Notes: generated by a model from the sequence alone, not told the origin. 32,000 nucleotides of DNA from Dehalococcoidia bacterium (GCA_965219065.1 OZ244715.1:123939-155938), one strand, 5' to 3'. Shown: positions 17,931-26,480, counted from the first letter of the stretch. Program-made: numbers and translations.

Positions 17931-18087
17931 GAGGGTGTCCAAAAAGGGCCACCGGAGCAAGGTGTAAAAAATGTCATTCTGAGCAAAGTCGAAGAATCTA
18001 CGTCCGCCTGGCAGTAACGCCGTGTCCCCCAACCCCCAGACCCTTCGCCTTTGCTCAGGGTTACAAACTGACCTCTTAGACACCCTC
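17931..18087. mobile_element. 157-bp MITE-like element with 9-bp terminal inverted repeats and nested internal inverted repeats
   Basis: The TIRs are GAGGGTGTC (17931..17939) and GACACCCTC (18079..18087), and TTA flanks both ends. The internal arms are gtcattctgagcaaagtcgaagaatc (17966..17991) and gacccttcgcctttgctcagggttac (18041..18066). Confidence 0.45.
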
Positions 18088-18193
18088 TTAGAGTCGAGAT
18101 CGGCTTGATTTTGCGATCAAGGTTCACCGCGGACAGGCGCGGCGTGCTACCGGGTGTCGATGGGCAGTTTTCGACTTGTACAGGAGCGTCCAA

Positions 18194-19213
18194 ATGTTCA
18201 ACAAGCGTCCTTTGGGTCAAACGGGACTTGAGGTCTCAGAGATCGGGTTCGGCGCTGGAATCGTCGCCGGACTGTTCGTACGTGGTGACCCCGAGTCTCA
18301 GAGCCGCGCGTTCAAGCGGGCGGTCGAGCTGGGCGTGAACCACTTCGACACCGCACCACTCTATGGGGACGGCAAATCCGAACTCAACCTGGGTTATGTC
18401 CTCGGTCGTACTACCGGTGACTTTGTTGTGGGCACCAAGATCGAATACTTCGACGAACACTTCGTCGACATCAGATCGAGAACTTTTGAGTCAGTCGAAG
18501 GCTCGCTGAAGCGACTGGGCCGGGACGCGGTAGAAATCCTGTATCTCCACAATAACGTCCGATACGACGGACAGGGTCCGCATGACGGTTACGCAGCGGT
18601 TTCGCCGGACGAGGTGCTGCGGCCGGGTGGAATTGCGGACGCCCTCGACGAAGTACGGGCCAGGGGTTTGGCCAGCCACATTGGATTTACCGGGACTGGG
18701 GACGCCGCGGCCGTCCTTGAACTGATCGACAGCGGCCGTTTTGAGGTGATGCAGACGTTTTACAGCCTGCTTAATCCAAGCGGATCGATTCGCCTTCCCG
18801 CGTCATCCCCGTTGCATGACTTCGAGTTAGCGATTAGCCGGGCCACTCGTAGAGGCATGGGCGTCGTCGCCATCCGCGTGATGGGCGGGGGCGTGTTGGC
18901 TGGAGATGCCGCCGCCGAGGGTTTCGCAGGCACGACCAGTTCGGAATCTGTCCTCGGCCGCAGTAGGGAGGAGGAATTGAAACAGGCGAAGGTGTTGTCG
19001 TTTTTGGAGTCCGAATCCGATGTGGGAGGCGGCGTGAGGATGGCCGCAATTCGATTCGCCCTGGACAACGTCGACATTTGCAGTTCGCTGATGGGTTTTT
19101 CTACCGTGAGCCACATAGAGACGGCCGCTGAGGCGGCAGGGCAGGGCCCGCTTGACTCAGGCTCGATGAGACGGCTGGAAGACCTCTGGGCTAACGGATT
19201 TCGACCGGAGTGA
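18194..19213 (+). CDS. aldo/keto reductase
   Basis: MFNKRPLGQTGLEVSEIGFGAG and FDTAPLYGDGKSE. ATG 18194 has an AGGAG SD 7 nt upstream. Confidence 0.9.
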   Translation: MFNKRPLGQTGLEVSEIGFGAGIVAGLFVRGDPESQSRAFKRAVELGVNHFDTAPLYGDGKSELNLGYVLGRTTGDFVVGTKIEYFDEHFVDIRSRTFESVEGSLKRLGRDAVEILYLHNNVRYDGQGPHDGYAAVSPDEVLRPGGIADALDEVRARGLASHIGFTGTGDAAAVLELIDSGRFEVMQTFYSLLNPSGSIRLPASSPLHDFELAISRATRRGMGVVAIRVMGGGVLAGDAAAEGFAGTTSSESVLGRSREEELKQAKVLSFLESESDVGGGVRMAAIRFALDNVDICSSLMGFSTVSHIETAAEAAGQGPLDSGSMRRLEDLWANGFRPE

Positions 19214-19289
19214 CTCCGATGACATCGAATCTCAGTAGATGCCCAGATAGGATATTGCCCAACAACGCGAACCCCAGGCAATTGCCCGG

Positions 19290-20072
19290 TTAGTAGGGCG
19301 AAACCAGCCCGAGGCCGCCGTCGACGATAAGTATCTGCGCGGTCACCATCGAGGACGCGTCAGACGCGAGATAGACCGCGGCGCCGGCTAAATCGTCGTA
19401 TTCAAGTCGGCGGTTATACAGAAACTTCCCGTGCGGCGGCCGAGTTGGTGAATCGCCTGAGACTGATTCCCGATCACGGGGGATGGACCCCGGACCCAAT
19501 GCGTTCACACGAATTCCGTACGGTTTGAGTTCCAGAGCCATGACGCGGGTCATGTGGATGACTGCCGCCTTGGCGACACCGTAGCCTAGGTTATGGGGCT
19601 GGACCTGTACGCCGACTCTCGAGGCTATGTTGACTATCGATCCGTGCGTCTCCATTACGACCATGTGACGAGCCACCGCCTGCGACATGAGGAACGTGCC
19701 CCTGACCATGATTTCGTAGTGATCGTCGAGAACGTTAGAGCCATAGTCGAGGGCGCTTGTGGGGACATCGTCGGTCTTGCCGGCATTGTTGATGAGAGTT
19801 GCGACAGGTCCCATTTCGGACACGACCTGCTCGACACACGCCGGGATGTCCTTGGGTGATCTGAGGTCAAGGGGTGCAAAAACCGCGCGTCGGCCGCGGG
19901 TTTCGACTTCCCGCGCCACATCGACTGCTGCGTCAGCCTGTTGCGGCAGGTCGACAATCGCCACGTTGGCGCCGGCGTCGGCGAGGGCCAAAGAAAACAC
20001 CCGGCCCATGTTCCTGGACCCACCGGTAACGATTGCGGTCGTGTCGTCGAGCCTGAAGCGGTCGAGCATCAC
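19290..20072 (-). CDS. SDR family oxidoreductase
   Basis: It has TAIVTGGSRNMG and the YGVAKAA catalytic YxxxK. There is a 4-nt overlap with the upstream gene. Confidence 0.92.
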   Translation of the reverse strand: MMLDRFRLDDTTAIVTGGSRNMGRVFSLALADAGANVAIVDLPQQADAAVDVAREVETRGRRAVFAPLDLRSPKDIPACVEQVVSEMGPVATLINNAGKTDDVPTSALDYGSNVLDDHYEIMVRGTFLMSQAVARHMVVMETHGSIVNIASRVGVQVQPHNLGYGVAKAAVIHMTRVMALELKPYGIRVNALGPGSIPRDRESVSGDSPTRPPHGKFLYNRRLEYDDLAGAAVYLASDASSMVTAQILIVDGGLGLVSPY

Positions 20073-21214
20073 GCGGCGGGTGTCGGGATTTCGACGGGCC
20101 TGCCTGTTGCGGCTGACTCGTACCCGGCCATGATTACCTCGATGTGGTGTACTGCGTCGCGTACGGTTATCTCAGGCCGTACCCCGTTTTCGAGGCAATC
20201 GACGAATGCGGTGACGTCCCTGCCTTGTCCTCCACCGTCAAGCGGCAGCACGCGATCCTTGTCCCGCGGCTGAGTTTCGCGCTGGGTAGACCCCCACATC
20301 GACATTGGATCGAAGGGGTGCACCAGGGGCATTTCGAACGGTGGTTGATCGTTGTAGATCTCGACGTGCGGATCTGACTCGCCGAAAGTTGCAATGCCTT
20401 TTTCGCCGATCAGCGTTATGCGTTGTTGCCCACCGCGGGGATGACTTGTCACGCCGATTCTGCCGCTCGTTATGCTCGCCACGCGGCCGTCCGCGAGGGT
20501 GAGGGCGAGGGCCCCGTAGTCCTCGATGTCCAGCGCAGCGTGCTCCTTGAAGAAGTAGTTACCGGTCATGCCGTATACGGTCTTCACCCGTTGGCCACTA
20601 AGCCAATGCACAAGTGAGATCGGATACACGCCCATGTCGAACAATTCTCGCTTGGCCTGCACGTGCGTGAACACGCCGCTGCTGGGCTGCTCGCGCCTAA
20701 CCGTTCCCGGCGGGACCGTTCCCGGCATGCCTTTGGCCATAAGCATGTCGCAGTGGAGCGCCAGCAACTTGCCGATGCGTCCGGAGTCGACAGTCGCTTT
20801 TGCCGCCTTTGCCCAGCCCGTCGTCACCTGGGTGAACATCTGCGCCAGAACGCCGGCCCGATCGACTGCGTCCGCCATCACGTGGGCGTCTTCGACAGAT
20901 GCGGCCAGCGGCTTGTCCATGTACAGGTGCTTACCGGCCTCTACCGCCTTTAAGGCAACTCTTGCCCTCCGCTCCACGTCGGCGCAGTTGTCGACAATGT
21001 GAACGTCGTCCCGCGCCAGAGCGTCATCGAGCGACAGGTAAGGTACGCCCAATTCGCTTGCGAGCAGCCGGTTTAGCCCTTCGCGATACTCGGGCAGGTT
21101 CGATTCGTCTGCTACTGCGATCAGTTCGCAACGCGGGTCCGCCGCGAACTCGCGTGCGTAGCCTTCCTGGTGGGTCCTGTTGCCGCCAATGGCGACGACT
21201 CCGTACTTGCCCAT
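20069..21214 (-). CDS. Gfo/Idh/MocA family oxidoreductase
   Basis: It has an N-terminal Rossmann fold (YGVVAIGGN..., ELIAVADE), the EKP-like motif YMDKPLA and a C-terminal alpha/beta domain. Confidence 0.92.
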   Translation of the reverse strand: MGKYGVVAIGGNRTHQEGYAREFAADPRCELIAVADESNLPEYREGLNRLLASELGVPYLSLDDALARDDVHIVDNCADVERRARVALKAVEAGKHLYMDKPLAASVEDAHVMADAVDRAGVLAQMFTQVTTGWAKAAKATVDSGRIGKLLALHCDMLMAKGMPGTVPPGTVRREQPSSGVFTHVQAKRELFDMGVYPISLVHWLSGQRVKTVYGMTGNYFFKEHAALDIEDYGALALTLADGRVASITSGRIGVTSHPRGGQQRITLIGEKGIATFGESDPHVEIYNDQPPFEMPLVHPFDPMSMWGSTQRETQPRDKDRVLPLDGGGQGRDVTAFVDCLENGVRPEITVRDAVHHIEVIMAGYESAATGRPVEIPTPAA

Positions 21215-21580
21215 CTACGCATCCCCTTCCGCATCCATGCGAACTTCGTGGTACAGCGTACCGTTGGAACCCATCAGCATTAGATTGCCGCCGGTGCGGC
21301 CGGCGCCGGCGCTCACTGCAATCATTGCCGACTGTCCGTCGTTCCATTTGAGCGCTGTCAAGGCAGGGGTTCCTTCGCCGCCGATCGTGTACTCAGACTC
21401 GCCGGGATCGCCAAACCACGATTCTGCGAGGCAGCGCAGGGCAGATGCCAGTTCTTTCTGTTCGGCCGGGCCGCCCCCGGCGTGTACCGTCATCCGAAGT
21501 GCAGCGGGCCTGCCGATCTGGCCGCGATCGATAGCCCCCTGGACGGTGTTCTTAAGTGGGTCCCAGTCGTATGCGGACAT
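21215..21580 (-). CDS. hypothetical protein resembling a stand-alone Gfo/Idh/MocA C-terminal-type segment
   Basis: 121 aa. Its TAG stop directly abuts the ATG of the downstream oxidoreductase (..TAGATG..). AIDRGQIGRPAALRMTVH resembles the segment that follows the Rossmann domain in that family. Confidence 0.55.
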   Translation of the reverse strand: MSAYDWDPLKNTVQGAIDRGQIGRPAALRMTVHAGGGPAEQKELASALRCLAESWFGDPGESEYTIGGEGTPALTALKWNDGQSAMIAVSAGAGRTGGNLMLMGSNGTLYHEVRMDAEGDA

Positions 21581-21833
21581 TTAATGCTCCACGATGTTGT
21601 GACTTTAGTTCTACGCGATGACATGCCAGTTCGACCACACAGGGAGAATGTACTAGACACCGCCGTTCCAGTCCAAGAAGTCACGGCCATCTGCCGCCGA
21701 GTGTCGGGCGGCCGACGTGGCGGAGTCGCGCAAAGTATGGCGGGTGTTTGGCTGGAAACATTGCTAGTGTAAGAGGGTCGGCCCCTAGGAGCGGTGGGAG
21801 TAATAGCTTCTGCGTTGAAGGAGTTAGAAAACT

Positions 21834-22607
21834 ATTCTGGAACTTGACGGTAAAGCTGCATTGCTCGCCGGTACGCGGAGAATTGGTGAATGTGTCGCGC
21901 AGCGGCTCTCGAAGGAGGGCGTAAATCTGGCGATCGCTTACAGGTCCTCACGGGCGGAGGCAGAACGTCTGGAATCGTCAGTTTCCGGGCGGGTACGCAA
22001 GACCTGCGTTGTTCAGGGCGATTTGACGAGCGAAGAGGATGTCAACCGGCTGGTCAACGAAGCGGCAGACGCTCTCGGCGGCCTGAATTTCGTCATCAAT
22101 CTGGCGTCGGACTACCCCAGCGCCACGCTGGACGACATGAGCGGCGCCACCTGGGATCGCGCGATGGGCAATGCCAAGGGCAGTTATCTGCTTTGCGCCA
22201 GCGCGGCGCGCATCATGCGACACAATGGGCTCCCCACCAACGGGCACCTCATCATGTTCAGTGACTGGGCGGCCGGCGCAACCCCATACACCGGCTACCT
22301 GCCGTATCTCACCGCAAAGGCGGCCGTGGCATTCATGACCAGGGCGTTTGCTGCGGAGTTGGCCCCGCATCGCATCCTGGTTAACTCGATCGCGCCGGGT
22401 CCCACAATGCGGCCTCCCGAAATCAGTGAAGAGAGTTGGGACAGAGACGTGCTGGCGAAGGCGCCGCTCAGGAGGGAGTCCTCGGCTGACGAGATCGCGG
22501 AAGTAGTCGCCATGCTCCTGAAGAGCGAAACGATAACCGGCGAGACGATAAGGGTGGATTCCGGCCGCCACATCGCGGGGCCGGGGGTGGTCGACGATGG
22601 CAGGTAG
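21834..22607 (+). CDS. FolM/PTR1-like pteridine reductase-type SDR (start probably near-cognate ATT 21834 or CTG 21837; the ORF-track TTG at 21861 would truncate the Rossmann fold)
   Basis: LAGTRRIG glycine loop with the RRIG signature, IAYRSS, NSIAPGP, YLTAKAA (YxxxK) and C-terminal VDSGRHI. A GAAGGAG SD lies at 21817..21823. Confidence 0.8.
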   Translation: MLELDGKAALLAGTRRIGECVAQRLSKEGVNLAIAYRSSRAEAERLESSVSGRVRKTCVVQGDLTSEEDVNRLVNEAADALGGLNFVINLASDYPSATLDDMSGATWDRAMGNAKGSYLLCASAARIMRHNGLPTNGHLIMFSDWAAGATPYTGYLPYLTAKAAVAFMTRAFAAELAPHRILVNSIAPGPTMRPPEISEESWDRDVLAKAPLRRESSADEIAEVVAMLLKSETITGETIRVDSGRHIAGPGVVDDGR

Positions 22608-23034
22608 TCGCCCAGGCCGCAGCCGGAAGCACTCTGTAACCAAGATCATCGATTTTGCGTATGGTCATCGGCTTATCAACTACGATGGCAAGTGCCGGTT
22701 TCTCCACGGGCACAACGGTATTTTGGAAGTCGATATAGCCTCCGACGAGCTTGACGATTGCGGCATGGTGGTCGATTTCGTGGAAGTGAGAAATCTGGTA
22801 AAGGGATGGATCGACGAAAACCTCGACCATCGTATGATCCTTTGCCGGGACGACCCGATGGCGGAGGCGTTGCAGGGGCTGAATGAACCCGTTTACCTGA
22901 TGGACGCCAACCCGACCGCGGAGAACATAACGCAGCATATTTTCGCCGTGGCCAAGAATATGGGCCTCAACATCGTCGAGGCGCGATTGTGGGAGACGCC
23001 GTCCAGTTACGCCACGTACCGGGAGGGCGGCTGA
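22597..23034 (+). CDS. queD: 6-carboxy-5,6,7,8-tetrahydropterin synthase (QueD / PTPS family)
   Basis: FAYGHRL, the CRFLHGH (CxxxHGH) motif and LDHRMIL. It overlaps the preceding SDR gene by 11 nt. Confidence 0.9.
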   Translation: MAGSRPGRSRKHSVTKIIDFAYGHRLINYDGKCRFLHGHNGILEVDIASDELDDCGMVVDFVEVRNLVKGWIDENLDHRMILCRDDPMAEALQGLNEPVYLMDANPTAENITQHIFAVAKNMGLNIVEARLWETPSSYATYREGG

Positions 23035-23035
23035 A

Positions 23036-23692
23036 GTGACCGCAACCGCGGTGCTTGCAAGCGGCGGTTTGGATAGCGCGGCCCTCCTCGCTGAAACGGC
23101 CTCCACCGGAGTGGCCTATCCGATCTACGTCGAGGCCGGGATGGTCTGGGAATCGGGTGAGAAGGCTTCCCTGGAAAGATTCATTGCGGCTCTCGATAGT
23201 CCCAATGTTCGGTCCGTGACTTACCTGTCCTTACAGGTGGCCCCCCTTCTGGCAGGACACTGGAGCGTGACGGGGCAGGGGATTCCCGATGCGGATGCGC
23301 CGGATGAAGAGATGTACATCCCCGGTAGGAACATTCTGCTCATCGGGCTGGCAGCGGTATGGTGCAGCACTCACGATGTGAACCGGGTGGTCATCGGTTC
23401 GCTGGGTTCCAATCCTTTTCCGGATGCGACTCCAGCCTTCTTCACTTCGTTCTCAGAGGTGCTGAGCAGCGGACTGAATCACGAGATCGTCGTCGAGGCG
23501 CCGTTTCGCGGTATGCACAAGGAAGACCTGATCCGCAGGTATCAGCATTTGCCGATTGACGTGACGCTAACTTGTGCAGATCCCGATGGGGAGGTCCACT
23601 GCGGCGCGTGCAACAAGTGCTTCGAACGGCAGACCGCATTTTCGGAGGCCGGAGTGGATGATAAGTCTCGGTACGCGACCGCGACGCCATAG
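23036..23692 (+). CDS. queC: 7-cyano-7-deazaguanine synthase QueC
   Basis: It has the SGGLDSA PP-loop and a C-terminal zinc cluster CADPDGEVHCGACNKCFER. The GTG start is 1 nt after the queD stop, with a GGGAGGG SD. Confidence 0.93.
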   Translation: MTATAVLASGGLDSAALLAETASTGVAYPIYVEAGMVWESGEKASLERFIAALDSPNVRSVTYLSLQVAPLLAGHWSVTGQGIPDADAPDEEMYIPGRNILLIGLAAVWCSTHDVNRVVIGSLGSNPFPDATPAFFTSFSEVLSSGLNHEIVVEAPFRGMHKEDLIRRYQHLPIDVTLTCADPDGEVHCGACNKCFERQTAFSEAGVDDKSRYATATP

Positions 23693-23737
23693 AATCCGCG
23701 CGAGCCGCCGCCTCGACCGAGCCGGAAAGATTAAATT

Positions 23738-24502
23738 TTGAGCACCAACAAACCCCCTTGGTACGTGGAGTTTTTCGGCGACGACTACCGAGCCGCATAC
23801 CGCTCGACACTGACCGACGAACGAAGCGACGCGGAGACGGCTTTCGCGGCGTGGACCCTTGGCCTGTCAGCCGGTCAGGAAGTCCTCGATCTTTGCTGCG
23901 GGCACGGCCGGCACGCGCTCAGGCTGGCCGAGGCCGGGATGAAAGTCACTGGTCTCGACTTGAGTGAGAAGTATCTCGCAGAGGCACGTAACGCTGCCGA
24001 GGAACGGGGAATTCCGCTGGAACTGGTCCGGGGCGACATGCGGCACATCCCTTTTGTGCGACGGTTCGACGCGGTGATTAACATGTTCTCGGCCTTCGGA
24101 TATCTCGAGTCGGAAGCCGACGACCAGCAGGTGCTTGAGGCCGTTCACGACGCGCTCAAACCGGGCGGATCGGCCCTTATCGACATGCTCAACCGGGAGT
24201 GGGTTGTAGCAAACAACATCGAGAACGAGTGGCGGGTGGACGAAGACGGCACGACCATCCTGGAACACCGCGAGTTGGACCTGTTGGCCAGCAGGAACCA
24301 CGTCAGCTTTTCGATCATCGGAGCGGACGGAGTCCGGCGCGAGTCGATTGGACACAAGATCAGGCTCTACACGCTCACGGAGATCGTGAACATGTTGGGC
24401 CGCGCCGGTCTCGCGATCGACAGGGTGTTCGGAGGGTACGACGCGGTCGACTACTCCAGCCAATCACGCCGCATGATTGTCGTCGCCAAAAGGCCAAAGT
24501 AG
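23738..24502 (+). CDS. class I SAM-dependent methyltransferase
   Basis: VLDLCCGHGRHALRLA (motif I), GLDLS and LKPGG. TTG start. Confidence 0.88.
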   Translation: MSTNKPPWYVEFFGDDYRAAYRSTLTDERSDAETAFAAWTLGLSAGQEVLDLCCGHGRHALRLAEAGMKVTGLDLSEKYLAEARNAAEERGIPLELVRGDMRHIPFVRRFDAVINMFSAFGYLESEADDQQVLEAVHDALKPGGSALIDMLNREWVVANNIENEWRVDEDGTTILEHRELDLLASRNHVSFSIIGADGVRRESIGHKIRLYTLTEIVNMLGRAGLAIDRVFGGYDAVDYSSQSRRMIVVAKRPK

Positions 24503-24531
24503 AACGCGGGGTCTGAGTGGCGCGGCTGGGG

Positions 24532-25563
24532 CTATTGAAGAGGCAATGGAGGTTGCCGCCACTTGGACGTGTCGTTGACCGTCATTGAGTTGACCCACTT
24601 GACCCACTCGTATCCCCTGCGGCCCGGCGCGACGAGGCGGACCGGAGCTCCGTGCCCGTGCGAAATTCGTTCGTCGCCCACGTGAGTCGCCAGCAGGTAG
24701 TTTCGGGACTCTTCCAACGAGGCGCGGCGGTAGTATCCGGTTACCGATCCGAAAGTGACGCTGCGGGCGCCCTCTTTGAGATTCGCCATCTCCAGCAGGT
24801 CGGACACACGCACACCCCGCCAACTGCGGTTGGCGTACCACCCACCCGTGCAGTCGAGGGTAGCGGTTATCGACCCGGACGGGAGTTTTGCTATGTCTTC
24901 GATATCGAGATCGAACGGATGAGACACGGTCCCCTCGACCCGCAACTTCCAGGAGTCGAGGTCGACGGGCCCGGGGCGGTCGTTCAGCCAGGACGTTGTC
25001 GGAAATGCGTTGGCGCCGCCGCCGCTGTACTCATGCGAACCGGTAAACCTGCGGGACGCGCCCGCAAGGTCGAACTGCTTTAGCAACCCTTCATAGACCA
25101 GCCAAATTCCGGCGCCCGCCGCGGCCGCCCCACCGAGCTTTATGACCGCGCGCCGGTCTGCGTTGACCCCTACTCGCCACCTCTTCGTGTATTTCAACGC
25201 GTGCCATGCGGCGATCGGCAGGGCGGCGACGCCGGCGAACATGTGCCAGGTAAGACCTGTGATCCCGGCCAGGCGGAAGAAACCGTTCAGCGACCATGCA
25301 AGGCCCAGACCGAAGGCAGCCAGCACAAGAAACGACAGGGTGATGGACGCGAGTCTCGCCGCGCCGCCGCTGCGCCGCCGCAGCGAACCTGCCACGATCG
25401 CCACCTTCCATCCAGCGATGGCCACGATGGCGAACGCGCCGATGTTGTGCAGGACCAGTACAAACCCTCTGTCCGCACCGCCCGAAACCAGACCAAAGAG
25501 ACCGGTGGCTAACTCAAACGCGAGTAGCACCGCCAACAAGACATTGGTCCAATTGTTCTTCAC
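24532..25563 (-). CDS. molybdopterin-dependent oxidoreductase (sulfite oxidase/MsrP-like domain) fused to an N-terminal multi-TM domain
   Basis: The N-terminal ~165 aa contain about 5 hydrophobic helices. The C-terminal part (TATLDCTGGW, GAPVRLVAPGRRGYEWVKWV) is typical of the Oxidored_molyb domain. GTG start with a GGAGGGGG SD. Confidence 0.88.
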   Translation of the reverse strand: MKNNWTNVLLAVLLAFELATGLFGLVSGGADRGFVLVLHNIGAFAIVAIAGWKVAIVAGSLRRRSGGAARLASITLSFLVLAAFGLGLAWSLNGFFRLAGITGLTWHMFAGVAALPIAAWHALKYTKRWRVGVNADRRAVIKLGGAAAAGAGIWLVYEGLLKQFDLAGASRRFTGSHEYSGGGANAFPTTSWLNDRPGPVDLDSWKLRVEGTVSHPFDLDIEDIAKLPSGSITATLDCTGGWYANRSWRGVRVSDLLEMANLKEGARSVTFGSVTGYYRRASLEESRNYLLATHVGDERISHGHGAPVRLVAPGRRGYEWVKWVNSMTVNDTSKWRQPPLPLQ

Positions 25564-25703
25564 TGCCCCCTCCGGGCCTACTTCACATAGTTACGAAGAT
25601 TCACTCCCGGCGGGTTGCCTTAACTGAACTGGTGGTCCCTGGCGGCGGCCGTTCTGCGCCGCGGTTGACGTTAATTAATCCCGGCGCAGGCGCCCGGCTT
25701 CGG

Positions 25704-26480
25704 CTACATGTACTTGCCGGCCCACCCGAGACCGTCCTCGGTCCTGCCTGCCGGCTTGTACTCGCAGCCAACCCAACCCTCGTAGCCGAGGCCGTCAATG
25801 TGGGGCAGGATGTAGTCGTAGTTGATCTCGCCGGTGCCGGGTTCGTTTCGGCCCGGGTTGTCCGCCAACTGGAAGTGATGGATGACGTCCATGTTGGCGT
25901 CTATCGTTGGCGCCAGGTCGCCTTCCATGATCTGCATGTGGTAGATGTCGTATTGCAACTTGACAATCGGCGAGTCGGCCGCCTCTACGAGAGACCTGCC
26001 GTGTTTTGAGGTGTACACGTACGTGCCGGCCACGTCCCGCGTGTTCAGGGGTTCGACCAGTACCGTCACGCCGGCGCCGTCCGCCGCGCTGGCGGCGAAC
26101 TTAAGGTTGTCGACCATCGTTTGTTCGACCGCGGCAGGATCGGCGGAGTCAGGGGCGATGCCGGCGAGACAAGTAAGGCGGGTGCAGCCAAGAGCTTTGG
26201 CGTAGTCGAGAGCCAGTCCGACGGAGTCCTGAAATTCTCCGACGCGGTCGGGGATGCACCCCAGGCCGCGGTCCCCGCCATCCCAATCGCCGGCGGGAAA
26301 ATCGAACAGGACCTGCTCGAGTCCATGCTTGTCCAGTTGCTCAGCGATGGATTCGGCCGGATAGTCGTACGGGAAGAGGTATTCAACGCCCTTAAACCCG
26401 GCAGCGGCGGCGGCGCCAAACCGGTCGAGGAAATCGACTTCGTTAAACATCAATGTCAAATTTGCGGCAAGCCTTACCAT
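25704..26480 (-). CDS. hyi: hydroxypyruvate isomerase family protein (Hyi/OtnI-like)
   Basis: LAANLTLMFNEVDFLDRFGAAAAAGFKGVEYLFPYDY and GTGEINYDYILPHID...GWVGCEYKP closely follow E. coli Hyi as I recall it. Confidence 0.9.
   Translation of the reverse strand: MVRLAANLTLMFNEVDFLDRFGAAAAAGFKGVEYLFPYDYPAESIAEQLDKHGLEQVLFDFPAGDWDGGDRGLGCIPDRVGEFQDSVGLALDYAKALGCTRLTCLAGIAPDSADPAAVEQTMVDNLKFAASAADGAGVTVLVEPLNTRDVAGTYVYTSKHGRSLVEAADSPIVKLQYDIYHMQIMEGDLAPTIDANMDVIHHFQLADNPGRNEPGTGEINYDYILPHIDGLGYEGWVGCEYKPAGRTEDGLGWAGKYM

Noticed and set aside
21834-24502. 7-deazaguanine DNA-modification (Dpd-like) cluster, because queD/queC sit next to a methyltransferase
   Set aside because: No TGT-like DpdA, helicase/ATPase or other Dpd components are present. 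The methyltransferase is a generic small-molecule-type class I enzyme without DNA methyltransferase motifs.
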